Shown here: positions 37,655 to 51,016 of the stretch, one piece after another | How positions within the stretch are numbered: the first letter of the stretch is position 1 | Layout: each line of letters starts with the position of its first letter | Assembly: GCF_006345805.1 (NCBI RefSeq) | Contig: NC_043017.1 | Location: 5,022,001 to 5,086,000, forward strand | Origin: Octopus sinensis | Lineage: Eukaryota | Direction of reading: 5' to 3' | DNA length: 64,000 bases | Made by a program: the position numbers and the translations under genes | The notes under the pieces: generated by a model | Database searches by the model: none | What the model saw: the letters and a program-made list of their open reading frames with translations, nothing else | What the model was told of the DNA's origin: nothing

Positions 37655-37710
37655 ATAGCATGACTCAGCTGTAAAAGACAATCTGACCAGGGCTGACCTC
37701 TGGTGGCTTA
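37655..37710 (-). promoter_or_regulatory. CTCF-like site (37692-37707) next to an AP-1/MARE-like ATGACTCAGC (37660-37669)
   Basis: Minus strand GCCACCAGAGGTCAGC versus consensus CCASYAGRKGGCRSY: one mismatch, in non-repetitive sequence. Confidence 0.35.
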
Positions 37711-37984
37711 GTTTCGAGATAATGAATAAACGAGTTCTGTAATTAAAGTAATGTAATCAGCATGATGCAGGTGATGATGGCGGCGGCGGCGGTGGTGGTG
37801 GTGGTGGGGGGGGCTGTCTCTAGGAATCGGTATTGTAAACGGATGAAAGTAATGGCAACGCAAGGCTCAAGGGAGAAGTGTAGTTGCACGTCTCTTTGTT
37901 GTCGGTAACAAAGGATTGCCTTTCCAGACTGGTTCTATCTTGTGGTCATTGCTCCACCGATTTTTCCCCTCCCTATTTGCCTCT

Positions 37985-38320
37985 CTCCTTCACGTCCTCC
38001 ACCATCACCACCACCACCACCATCGCTACTGTCACCACCACCCTCACCATCGCCTCCATCACCACCCTCACCTCCACCACCACCATCGCGCCGCCATCAT
38101 CATCACCACCATTACCACCACTGCCACCATCACCACTGCCACCACCCTCACCATCACCATCACTACCACTCTCGCATCCATCATCGCCTCCACCACCATC
38201 ACCACCATCACATCCACCACCATCACTGCCACCACCATTACCACCACCTGCACCACCATCACCATCACCACCCTCACCTCCGCCACCACCACCATCACCT
38301 CCACCACCCTACAATTCCAA
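37985..38320. repeat. Degenerate (ACC)/(ATC) trinucleotide tract
   Basis: Direct reading. Confidence 0.9.
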
Positions 38321-38523
38321 TTATTACTAAAGATATTTTTGATGTTTGAGAATTAGATAGATTTTAGTCAATGAACAATCTGGTGTGTTTGTTTTAATGG
38401 CCTACCAATGTATGTAGTACTTTTCTCTGCCCTAGGTGTCAGGAAGGCACTTGGCAAAAATGGAAACGAACCTGAAAGAAAATGCTAATGAAAATAATAA
38501 TAATAATGATGATAATAATATTG

Positions 38524-38562
<39 letters not shown>

Positions 38563-38571
38563 GGCGCAGGA

Positions 38572-38955
38572 GTGGCTGTGTAGTAAGTAGCTTGTTTACC
38601 AACCACATGGTTCCGGGTTCAGTCCCACTGCATGGCGCCTTGGGCAAGTGTCTTCTACTATAGCCTCGGGCCCACCAAAGCCTTCTGAGGAGATCTAGTA
38701 GACGGAAACTGAAAGAAGCCCGTCGTATATATGTATATATGTGTGTGTTTGTGTGTCTGTGTTTGTCCCCCCCAACATCGCTTGACAACCGATTCTGGTG
38801 TGTTTATGTCCCCGTCACTTAGCGGTTCGGCAAAAGAGACCGATAGAATAAGTACTGGGCTTACAAAGAATAAGTCCCGGGGTTGAGTTGCTCGATTAAA
38901 GGCGGTGCTCCAGCATAGCCGCAGTCAAATGACTGAAACAAGTAAAAGAGTAAAG
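38572..38955 (+). mobile_element. SINE family A, near-consensus full copy
   Basis: Intact A-box and B-box head, short internal microsatellite, complete 3' body, (AAT)n on both sides. Confidence 0.9.
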
Positions 38956-38975
38956 AGAATAATAATAATAATAAC

Positions 38976-39022
<47 letters not shown>

Positions 39023-39411
39023 TGTCAGCAGTTGAATCTGCTTACAAACCAAAATCTAATAGCTGTAAACCATTTTCTGTGACAGCTTTTATCTAACTTA
39101 CAACTTCTAATTCCTAGATAAACTAATTATTAAGACAATGTTAATCCCTTAATCATTTTTACCTGAATCATCCATCACATGATAATGTATATCACCTGGC
39201 GATAATTACACATAGCAATTTGTTGAAGTTTTATTATTTATATAAATCTAAACTGCTCTATAAATGCATACATATACACATACCTGTGTATGTGTGTATG
39301 CACATATATGTATGTATGTATATGTATGTATATATATAGATGTATATATATAGATGTATATGTTTTTGAATGTGTATATGTATGCATGTGTATATATGCA
39401 TGTGTATGCAC

Positions 39412-39462
<51 letters not shown>

Positions 39463-40042
39463 TATAGATGTATGTTTTTGAATGTGTATATAATATGTAT
39501 GTGTGTATGTATATATATATGTGTATATATGTGTATATATGTATGTGTGGTGCTTGTGTATCTCTGCATACATGTATTTTTGTATGTGTACATGTCTATA
39601 TATGTTTATGTATGTGTGTGCAAATATATATGTTTATATAAGTGTGTGTGTGTGTATATAGATTCTGTCTTCCATTATCGAAGACTTATTCCTCTCTATA
39701 AAATGCGAGTTGCTGTTGTAGCATTTAAAGGTTCCATCTTAAACCAGAGGAATGGCTGACTGTCGCGTGTGAGACTAGCTTGGCAGTAATACTTGATGAA
39801 TTCAACGCTCACCATTTTCCTTGGAATATTTCCACTTGTTACACGTATGTGTGTGGAGGGAAAACGGTACACCGTTTAGTTATTAAACCAAACCAGCTCT
39901 GTCAGAAACATAATGGAAAAAGGAAAAAAAGTGACCCCCAAAAAGTCCTCTATACAACAGAATCTCTCTTCCTCCTTTCTCTTCACCTATCCCTCTATAT
40001 CTGTGTGTGTGTATATGTATGTGTGTATATGTATGTGTGTGA

Positions 40043-40074
<32 letters not shown>

Positions 40075-40094
40075 GCATACACACACATATATAT

Positions 40095-40750
40095 TTGTTT
40101 ACTTGTTTCAGTCATTTGACTGTGGTCATGCTGGAGCACCGCCTTTAGTTGATCAAATTGACCCCAGGACTTATTCTTTGTAAGCCTAGTGCTTATTCTA
40201 GCAGTCTATTTTGCCGAACTGCTATGTTATGGGGACATAAACACACCAGCATTGGTTGTCAAGTAATGTTGGGGGGACAAACACAGACACACAAACACAG
40301 ACACACACACACACTCATATATATATATACGACAGGCTTCTTTCAGTTTCCGTCTACCAAATCCACTCACAAGGCTTTGGTCAGCTTGAGGCTAAAGTAG
40401 AAGACACTTGCCCAAGATGCCATGCAGTGGGGCTGAACCTGGAACCATGAGGTTGGCGAGCAAGCTTCTTACCACAGAGTCACTGACTTTTTTTTTTTTC
40501 TTGTGCCCTTTTAAAGCCTAGCCAGGCTCATGGGCCCAGTTTCCCAGTTTCTATGGCGTATGTGTTCCCCAGCTGGACGGGACGCTAGTCCATCGCAGCG
40601 TTACTCATTTTTGCCAGCTGAGTGGACTGGAGCAATGTGAAATGAAGTGTTTTGCTTAAGAATACAATGCGTCGCCCGGTCTAGGAATCGAAACCACAAT
40701 CTTATGATCATGATGCTGACACTCTAACCACTAAACCACATGCCTCCACT
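40095..40750 (-). mobile_element. SINE family A (40095-40460) and a family C-related SINE (40490-40750)
   Basis: Reverse-complement family motifs, e.g. CAGCTGAGTGGACTGGAGCAATGTGAAATGAAGTGT. Confidence 0.75.
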
Positions 40751-40824
40751 CATACATACGCACACATATAAAGAGATTTAAAGAGAGAGAGAAATGAGGA
40801 CTTGCAAGTGTGGGTGTATGTATG

Positions 40825-40861
<37 letters not shown>

Positions 40862-41514
40862 CAAGCACACACATACATACACTTGTCTATTTATTTATAT
40901 ACAAGATTATTATTGTTATTGTTGTTGTTATTTCAGTGAGATTTCATCCTCCTTAATCCCTTAATCAGTCATGTCACTTCAGAAAACTTGTGAATGGTCG
41001 ATCTTCATAATCACAACGATGATGATGATCATCATCATAACCATCATTACATACCACCAAAACATGCCACCCTCACTCCACCACCACCACCTTATTAAAT
41101 TAATAATAATAATAATAATATTAATAATAATAATTTTTTTTTTTTCATTTCACTCCTGCCACCCTTCCAAGCAAAATCCAATTTCTGTTCTATCACCAGT
41201 TGCCATTTATGGAAGCATCTCGGCTTTGATAATTTGTTATTTTATACCCTCATCCAAAATGAATTAAATAAAATAAATAAATAAATAAATAATCAATAAT
41301 ATATAACATGAAAAATATTATTGAATAAATAAATCAATGAAAATTGAATTAAATAAAAAAAAAGATGCATTTATTTTTATTAGAATTTTGTTTCAAAAAT
41401 CAATTCGGAATCCTATTCTAACCAATCTGTAGATCTCTGTTTGTTTGTTTTTCCATGCTTGCATGGGTTAAATGAGAAGAGGTTATTTGAGGTATTGTTT
41501 AATCACCGGGTATT

Positions 41515-42015
41515 GAGAGCACATAGCTGAATGGTAAGGCTGTTGCTCTCATGATTGAGAGGTTGCGGTTTCAATTATTGGTCCTAGAAGTACATTGTGT
41601 TCTTGATCAAAACACCTCATTTTGTGTTGCGCAACATCTGACATGTGGCACTTCAACACCTGACATGTGGCACATTGTTGATTTGATGGAGGAACTGCGC
41701 TAATGCACAACATGTACATGTGACCATTGTAAACAAATCATCCGTTCCGGGTGTTCGGTAAGAAATTGTGAAACCGTTTTTCTTGGACTACGAGAGACTA
41801 GCAGCAATTAGAGGATGCCATTCCTGATGCTAACCTGATGCTTAGTGTTATTTTGTCTGCCGTTACGTTCTGAGTTCAAATTCCGCCTAGGTTGACTTGG
41901 CCATTCATCCTTTTGGGGTCGATAAATTAAGTACCAGTTACGTACTGGGGACAATGTAATCGACTTAATCCCTTGTTTGTTCCCTCTATGTTTAGCCCCT
42001 TGTGGGCAATAAACA
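41515..42015 (+). mobile_element. Diverged tRNA-like SINE (41515-41775) and SINE family B body (41850-42015)
   Basis: CATAGCTGAATGGTAAGG...TTCTTGATCAAAACAC; then GTTCTGAGTTCAAATTCCGCC...GGGGTCGATAAATTAAGTACCAG. Confidence 0.6.
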
Positions 42016-43203
42016 AGCCATAGACAATCTTCCACAACAAATAGCATTTGACCCATGCAAATGTGGAAAAACAGAAATTAAAACCATGAGGATGATGGTG
42101 ATGACATGTGGTAGATTTGTTCTGCAAGAAACATTCCAAATTGAAACCATGTGAAATGAGCAAGAATGGTCGAGGCAAGTGCAGACTCTTGTCTTGGGGG
42201 CACAATGAGTTACATTTGGCTTGAAGGTGGCTGGCTTCTCTAAACCATTGGTGATGCCAGTCATAGCATCCTACAGATGCAGTATTAAGTTCAATTGGCT
42301 GAGGTTTGGCCCTTTATGGCAAGGAGTTGAGGTTTGTGTGTGTGTGTGATACATGCACACACATATGTACACACACTTGCACGTGATTGTACAAACATTA
42401 ACTCATTAATTATTGGGTATTGATTGTGTTATAGAAGTCTAAAATAGTAAAGGAGTCAATAGATGCAGGCAGACAGACAAACAGATAGATAAAGAGAGAG
42501 AGAGAGAGAGAGAGGAGCTAGTTAGATAGATAGAGAAGGGGAGATAGATAGATGGATAGAGAAAGAGAAAGGGAACTAGCTAGATTGATAGAGAGAGAGA
42601 GAGAGAGAGAGAGCTAATTAGATAGATAAATAGATATAGAGAGGGATAATTATATATATATATATATATACACATACATATATATATTTATATACATACA
42701 TCATCATATATATACATATATCTAAAGAGAGTGAGAGAAAGAAAGAGTGACAGAGTCAGGGATGGAGAAAGAGAGAGAGATATGGAGAAGGAGAAAGAGA
42801 GAGTGGAGGTGGAGAGAGAGAGAGAGAGAGGGAGAGAGAGAGAAGAGAGAGAAATCAGTGTTTCTGCTTATTTTGTCTGGTTTCTTTGCAATACAGAAAT
42901 ATAATCGGAATTATATTCCCATGTAAAGGTAGAGAGAGAGAGAGAGAGAGAGAGAAAGCGGTGGTGGCCATGGTAGTGGCGGCGGAATATGTTTAGCGGC
43001 GGCTTCCTGAAACTCTGCTGAATAACAGATATATCAAGAAATTTCCTACATCAATATTTATTGATCTATTGATCCACTAAATGATTGTTGTTCTTCGTTA
43101 CTGAGCTTCGAAAAACTTGTTTCTGAACCCCCACCCCCTTCTCCCCCCCCCCGACCCTCTGCCCTCCCCCCTCTTAATTGAATCAAATGATGCTGATAGA
43201 AAA

Positions 43204-43566
43204 ATGCTCTCCTGCCCTCCCCCCTCTGTCGACACCATCAATGTAACCTTGAGCAAGAACAACAACTCTACCAATTCAGCTATACTACCAGCACCACCAC
43301 CACCACCGTCACTGCCCCACCAATACCAATAACAACAACAACACTGACACCAACAATACCACCACTACCACCACCACCACCAATAACTGCAACAACACTC
43401 CCAACAGCAAACAGTACCACTTCAACCATGACCATCACCACCAATAGCTGCAGAAGAAGCAGCAGCAGCACCACCACCACCACCACCAGCGCCACTACAA
43501 CCATCACTAATGACAATTCCGACAACAATACCCCAAGTCAGTACTGCAGTCAATACGACCACCAAC

Positions 43567-43599
<33 letters not shown>

Positions 43600-43926
43600 C
43601 CTACTAATACCACTACTAATACCACTACTACTAGTACTACTACTACCACTACCAATACCACTACTACCACCACCACTACTAATACCACTACTACTAGTAC
43701 TACTACTACCACTACTAATACCACCACTACTACTACTACTACTACTACCACCACTACTACTACCACCACTACCACCACTACCACTACTAATACCACTACT
43801 ACTACTACTAATACCACCACCACCACCATCACCATTACTTTTACTACCACCACCACCATCACCACTACTGCTACTACTACTGCTGCTGCTGCTACTAGTA
43901 CTACCACAGCTATTAATAATTTCTAA
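43204..43926 (+). repeat. Thr/Pro-rich low-complexity (ACT/ACC)n tract, coding status unresolved
   Basis: ORF 43510-43926 is poly-Thr. Upstream frames are open only piecewise. Confidence 0.6.
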
Positions 43927-44394
43927 AGTGTTCATGAGGCCAGAATCTCCTACTGTTAATAGTATCAATAATAATTAATAATAATAATAACTGTTCATAG
44001 TAATAGTTATATATAACATATATATAGCTAATGAATGCTGCTAATAATTACTTCAAATTTTTTAAAGACTGAAGGGGTTTTGGTTGTGCTGCATATTATA
44101 GGAGTCACAAGACACTGCTTCTTGTGGTCCTACAGTTACCATCTAACTAGAAATATTAGGGTGTCATCTATTGTCTTGTATTCAAGGTCCTCTGCATGGC
44201 ATCCTGTTAGTTCATCCTGTTAGGTCCTGCCCAATAACTAAATCCACGCCCTGCTGCCGACACCTCAATATATTGTTAGACAGGTCAAAGGGTAGGGGAC
44301 AGACTAAACCTTAAAGAATGAAATCTTTATTTAATGTGATGCATGCCCGTTGATGTGTAAATTGGTGTGTGTGTGTGTGTGTATATGGCTGTGA

Positions 44395-44730
44395 AGGCAT
44401 GTGGCTCAGTGGTTAGAGCATCGAGCTTATGATCGTTAGGTTGTGAGTTCAATTCCTGGACAAGGCTGTGTAGTGTGTTCTTGAGCAAGACTCTTTATTT
44501 CATGTTGGTCCATTTCATTCAGCTTTAGAAATGAGTAGCAACATCACAGGTGCCAAGCTGTATTGGCCCCTTTTGCCTTTCCCTTGGATAACATTAGTGA
44601 TGTGGAAAGGGGAGGCCGGTATGTATGGGTGACTGCTGGTCTTCAATAAACAACCTTGCCCAGACTTGTGCCTCGGAGGGTAACTTTCTAGGTGCAATCC
44701 CATGGTCATTCATGACAGAAGGGTGTCCCC
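44395..44730 (+). mobile_element. SINE family C, full copy
   Basis: tRNA-like head GTGGCTCAGTGGTTAGAGC/GTGAGTTCAATTCC and full body; near reverse complement of 61651-61975. Confidence 0.85.
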
Positions 44731-44738
44731 ATCCTTTT

Positions 44739-44769
<31 letters not shown>

Positions 44770-45155
44770 AATTGGACATGGGCGATCGTTGTATTCTTGC
44801 TTGTCTTGAGGTTCACAGCCAAACGGCTGGGTGGATTCGCATGAAAAATGGCACACATGTGGAGACGGATGCATAGATTGGAATGTAGGTTTTATTTTTT
44901 TCACAACCCCCATACTTAGAAAATCGATTAAAACCTTTTTGTAATGGAATTTACCCCTTTCTTCTGCCATTAAAACAACCAGTTGCTTAGAAGCTGTTTT
45001 CTGACGGGGTGGGGTCAGGGAATTTTCATACATCTGGAGGCTCTAATCGAAACACGGGACCCGAAATGATAAGGTTGACAAACGCTGTTATAGATTATGC
45101 CTATGATCACAGCCACATCATCCAAACAGACCGGGTGAAACTGGGGTTAGCTAGT
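44730..45155 (+). mobile_element. Non-autonomous Helitron-like element
   Basis: Ends in a short hairpin CCGGGTGAAACTGG followed by CTAG|T. The 5' part has (TA)n, then CCAAACGGCTG..GGATT..ATGAAAAATGGCACA, similar from memory to invertebrate non-autonomous Helitrons. Confidence 0.6.
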
Positions 45156-45158
45156 AGT

Positions 45159-45234
<76 letters not shown>

Positions 45235-46143
45235 TGTGTATGTGTTGTGTACATTGGTGTGTTTATATATTATGTTAATGTGTGTGTTTGGCTGTGTATT
45301 TGTGTATGTTGCTGTATATTTCTGTATGTATGTATGTGTGTTGCTAAGCATTTATCTGTGTGTATGTATGTATGTCACTGTGTACATGGGTGTGTGTGCC
45401 ACTGTGTATACGACTGAGTGAGTGTATGTGTGTGTATCACTGTCTTTTGATGTGTATTATCTGTGTTTGTGTATGAGTTGCTATATATTATTCTGTGTGT
45501 GTATGTGTGTAAGTTGGTGTGTGTGTGTGTGCTTGTGTAAACTGAAATGAACAGATGGAAAATTTGCTGACAAAATAAAAGATGCCGAGAATAGTTGAAG
45601 AATAATATTCGAGATTCTGTGACATATTGGGAAACATCAACAGGAACATGGGAAGTGTTCGGAGGTTCTGTGTGTGTGTGTGTGTGTGTGTCTGTGTGCA
45701 TGTGTGTGTGCGTGTGTGTGTGTGCATGTGTGTGTGCATGTGTGTGTGTGTGGCTATATACAGAGTGGAAGGGAATATTGGTGTGTGTGTGTAAGTACAT
45801 ATGTGTGTGTGTGCGTATGTGCATGTGTGTATGTGTGTATGTTTATGTGTAGGTATGTACATGTGTATGTGTGTGTGTATATATATATGAACATGCACAC
45901 ACATATACATGTGTGTGAGTGGCTATATACAGGGTGAAAGGGAATATAGGTTTGTGCGTGTAAGTGCATGTGTGTGTGTATGTATGTATATGTGTATGTA
46001 TGTACATGTGTATGTATATATGTGGGTGTGTGTGTATGTATATATGAACACACACAGACACACACACATACATATGTGTGTGTGTTTGAATCTAGCTTTG
46101 AATAAATGAATAAATTGCTTTGTGGTATGTACTGACACAGCCA

Positions 46144-46515
46144 CACATACATACACCGAGCAGGCATGACTGTGTGGTTAAGAACTCCCGTTTGCAACCA
46201 CCTGGTTCTGGGTTCAGTCCCACCACACAGCACATTGGGCAAATGCTTTCTTCTGTAAACCCTGGGCCAACCGATGCCTTGGGGGTGAGTTCACCAAATA
46301 GAAACTTTGTGGAAACTGTCCTGCATCTGTCCACTTGACAACTGGTGTTGGTTCATTTATGTCCCTGTAACTTAGTATATATCATCATCATCATCACCAT
46401 CATTTAGCGTCTGCTTTCCATGGGTTGGACAGTTCAACTGGGGTCTGTGAAGCCAGAAGGCTGCATCAGGCCCAGTCTGATCTGGCAGTGTTTCTGCGGT
46501 CGATCTGGCAGTGTT
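46144..46515. mobile_element. SINE family A (+, 46144-46375) and family D 3' end (-, 46380-46515)
   Basis: Family motifs. Confidence 0.7.
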
Positions 46516-46589
46516 TCTATATATATATATATATATATATGTAGGTATGTGTATATATATATTTAGGTATGTATATATATATTTGTAGG

Positions 46590-46639
<50 letters not shown>

Positions 46640-46667
46640 ATATTTAGGTATGTATATATATATGCAG

Positions 46668-46708
<41 letters not shown>

Positions 46709-47264
46709 GGTATATACATATATATATGTGTGTATATATTGTAATGTCTTCTTATGTTTATCTGTTTGAAGTTCATTGTAATTCTGACACAGTTTTCTGC
46801 GTAAGTCTCGCAGGTCTCAGCCAGCGCTCTGTGTTAAAAACTATGGCAGAGTATCATGTATTGACATCAAACAAACCTGGACCAGCGCCAACCAATTTAC
46901 AGTTAAGGATTAAAAGTGGCAGTTTTATAGAAGTTCCAAAATTTTCAATTAAAGAATAGCTGTAGGATGAGATATTTGTGTAAGAGAAAATTAATAAAAA
47001 CACAAAGGTATGCTGTGGAATGTATATGTATATTTGTATGTGTGTGCGTGTATATATACGTGTGTGTATATATATATATGTATATATAACGATGATGATG
47101 ATGATGATGATGTATGTATATATATATATATGTATGTATATATATATATATACACGTGTGTTGCGTCTATTTATTATATATATATATATTATATATATAT
47201 ATATATGTATGTATATATATATATATACACGTGTGTTGCGTCTATTTATTTATATATATATATA

Positions 47265-48159
47265 CGAGGTCTGATCAATAAGTATCCGGACTGTTGCCAT
47301 AGTAACGATGCTAAAGCACACAGTATAAAGCCATTTGGCAAAAATTTACCTTGAATTCTGTTGTGTGTAAGCTCTAAGTTTTAACATTCTAGCTCTTTTC
47401 TGCTGTTTGCAGCAGTGCTTGGAAGGAAGATGTGTAGTGTGTGATTGTCACATTGACCTTAACAGAGAAAGTTGTCATGGAGTTACCTGCTCAGAGACCT
47501 ACGCATTGTTGCAGAAAGTGTGTGGAGAGGAGTGTATGAGCCGCACACAAATGTATGAGTGGTTCAGACGTTTCAAAAATGGTCAAAAATATGTCGATAT
47601 TGATGAATAGTTTGGGAGACCTGCAACCAGCAGAAATGAGAAAAACATCGCAGATGTGCGTGTAGCTGTGAGGGAAAATTGTTGAATCACCATCCGTGAG
47701 TTATCAGAGGATGTACAGATTAGTTACGGTTCAGTTCAGTCCATTATCACTGAAGATTTGGGCATGAGACACGTGTCTGCCAAGTTTGTGCCAAAACTGC
47801 ATTCAGCTGACCAAAAAGATAGTTGGTTTCCAGTTGCACAAACTCTCTTTGATTGTGTCAAGAATGATGAAAACTTTTTGAAATCTTTGCATAGGCCTCT
47901 TAACAGGTATCACCAAGCTTTTGGCAAAATTTGATGCAGATTCTCTGCTCAACTTTCTCTGTTATGGTTAATGCAACGATCACATGCTACATACCTTCCT
48001 TCCAACCACTGCTGTAAACAGGTGAAGTGTGCTAGAACGTAAACACTTGGTGTACATACACAGCAGAGTTCAAGGTCAATCTATGCCAAGCAGCTTCACT
48101 CTGTGTGCTTTAGTTTCATTACTATGGCAACAGTGCGAATACTTATTGGTCAGACCACA
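47265..48159 (+). mobile_element. Internally deleted mariner transposon with both TIRs and a pseudogenised N-terminal transposase
   Basis: About 59-bp TIRs CGAGGTCTGATCAATAAGTATCCGGACTGTTGCCATAGTAA..., TA on the left. The frame reads SETYALLQKVCGEECMSRTQMYEWFRRFKNG...DE*FGRPATSR...ITIRELSEDVQISYGSVQSIITEDLGMRHVSAKFVPK; the catalytic domain is absent. Confidence 0.92.
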
Positions 48160-48304
48160 TGTGTATGTGTGTGTGTGTATATATATATATATATGTATGT
48201 ATGTATGTTTGTATGTATGTATGTGTCTCTCTACATATATGTGTGTATGTATGTATATATATGTGTGTGTGTGTGTGTGTGTATGTGTGTATATATATAT
48301 ATAT

Positions 48305-48400
48305 ATAGTAGAAGACACTCTCCCAAGTTGCCATGCAGTGGGACTGAACCCAGAACCATGTGGTTGTGAGCAAACTTCTTACCACACAGCCATGCCTGCG

Positions 48401-48450
<50 letters not shown>

Positions 48451-48745
48451 TACACTCATACATATATACACACACAAACACACAAACATACATAATCCAT
48501 GTAAACATATACACACACACATACCCATGAAATTATATAGATTTGTATGCATACATATGTATATTCCTGGCTGGACAGTAAAGAAGTTTGCTTCCCAACC
48601 ACCTGGGTCCGGGTTCAGTCCCACTGTGTGGCACCTTGGGCAAGTGTTTTCTACTATAGTCTTGATCTTCTAAAGCTTTGTGAGTGGATTTGGGACTGAA
48701 CCTGGAACCATGTGGCTGGAAATCAGGCTTCTTACCACACACACA
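48305..48745. mobile_element. Cluster of SINE family A head fragments in alternating orientation
   Basis: GTGGGACTGAACC / GGTTCAGTCCCAC motifs at about 48340, 48615 and 48695. Confidence 0.7.
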
Positions 48746-50047
48746 CCCCTGCTCTTATAGACATAATGCATTCTTATACATATATATAGATAGATGTGTG
48801 TGTGTGTGCATGTGTGTGTGTGCGTGTGTGTGTGCATGTGTGTATATGCATGGCATATGCAGACAAATGATTCTATACACACAGAAAGTTGTGTCTAATG
48901 TGATTGTGACTATACAATGTCAAATCTAACACACACAAGCACACACATATACATGAGTACATAAACATATATACATTCATACATACACACACATATATAT
49001 GTGTGTGTGTGTGTGTGTGTGTAGATCAATTATGTGTTTGTATGCTTTTATGTGATTTTGACTTTTCAGAGTCATACATAACATGCACATTATGTATATA
49101 TGATCATATATATATATTCATATATATATATACATACACACACATGCATGCATATATACATGTGCACAATGACACACACACACACATGCATTATGTATAG
49201 GTGCATTTATTAATGTGATTGCAAACATACAAAGTCATGTATATATATAAATAAAACATACACATTATGTATATATACACAAACAAACACACAAACACAC
49301 ACACACACACACAGAAACTGCCTATTAAGTCTGAATGGTTCTCATTCCACTTATTTCCCTCCCACCCCACCCCACCCCATATCTGATTATAGTCTCTCTC
49401 TCTTTCTCTCTCTTTCTTGCATCTCTTTTTATTTTCTTCCTTTACCATTCCGCTAGTACAAAGAACCCCATACCCCCCCCCACCACCACTAATCTATAAT
49501 TCTATTACTGTTTTTAAGTCTATAGCTGCAATATTCTCAAGAACTCTACAATCTAATAACAACTAATGCGATTCTTACTTTCGACAAGTTTCATTCCCTC
49601 TTCCTCCCCCTCTCTCCCCTTCTCTCTTCCTCCCCCTCTCTCTTTGTCTCCGTCTCCCTCCCTCTCTCTCTCCTCCATTCTCTCTTCCCCCCCCTCTCTC
49701 TCTTTCACAGTCTTGTAGACACTTTCATATTTAGATTCTTATTACACCCAATTTAATGATCCAGCGCCATCTTTTTTTTCTGGTATATATTTTTTTTTAA
49801 TATTTAGTCTTTGCGTGTGTGTGTGTATGTGCACACACAAAGAAGATATAGGTATTTGTCTGTGATATGTGTGTGCGTATATATATATATATGCATACAT
49901 GTATACATACATATACATCTCCCCTTTTCTCTCTCACTTTCCCCTCTCTCTCTCTCTCTATATATATGTGTGTGTCTATGTATGTACTTATATTTATGTG
50001 TGTGTGTGCATGCAACATAGGCCTATGTATTGGCATATGTATATATG

Positions 50048-50110
<63 letters not shown>

Positions 50111-50599
50111 GTTGGTGTATATAGATGTAAATTTATATGTGTTTATGTATATGCATGTGTGTGTATTTATATATACACACACACACACAGACACAAGTTC
50201 CAATCTAGGAATTACTGAAGATCATTTATTGATAGATTAGAAAAGTATCAATGTCTCGTAACCAGTGTTTTGTCATGATCAATACTTTGATACCTTCTCC
50301 TACACAGAAATTATAGAATCTGCAGACCGAAACAAATCATCATCATCACCATCATCACCCTCACTATAACCACCACCACAACCACCACCATCATCAATGT
50401 CATCATCATCATACTATCACCACTACTACCAACACCACCATCACCATCATCATCTTTGCTGTCATCATCATCATCCTCACTATAACCACCACCACCATCA
50501 TCATCATCATTATCATACTATCATCACTACCACCACCACCACCATCACCATCATCATCTTTGCTCTCATTATCATCACCACCACCACCACCACCACCAT

Positions 50600-51010
50600 C
50601 TTCCCCTCTCCATACCATTGATGTTATCCAAGGGAAAGGCAAAGCCTGATACAGGCTTGGCACCAGTGATGTTGCAACTCATTTCTACAGCTGAGTGAAC
50701 TGGAGCTATGTGAAATAAAGTGTCTTGCTCAAGAACACATCACATAACCCATCCCAGTTCTCAGACGAAGTAACTCATGATTGTGAACCCAACTCTGTAA
50801 CCACTGAACCATGCACCTTCACAAGATCCTTAGTGGGGCTGCGGTAAAAAGGGTGGCAGTTGTTGGGTAAATGTTTTCTGCTATAGCTCCATGGTTCCAG
50901 GTTCAGTCCCACTTACAAGGCACCTTGGGTGAGTGCCTTCTGTGAGAGCCTTGGGTCACCCAAAGCCTTGTGAGCAGATTTGGTTGAGGGAAACTGAAAG
51001 AAACTTGGGG
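50600..51010. mobile_element. SINE family C (-, 50600-50822) and SINE family A head (+, 50850-51010)
   Basis: Family motifs. Confidence 0.7.
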
Positions 51011-51016
51011 TACATA

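Noticed and set aside
46770-46960. Perfect GTAAGT donor at 46801 and ORF 46726-46959
   Set aside because: The 29-nt candidate exon hits a stop in the exon 1 phase, an 8-nt alternative is unsupported, and the ORF has no recognisable motif.
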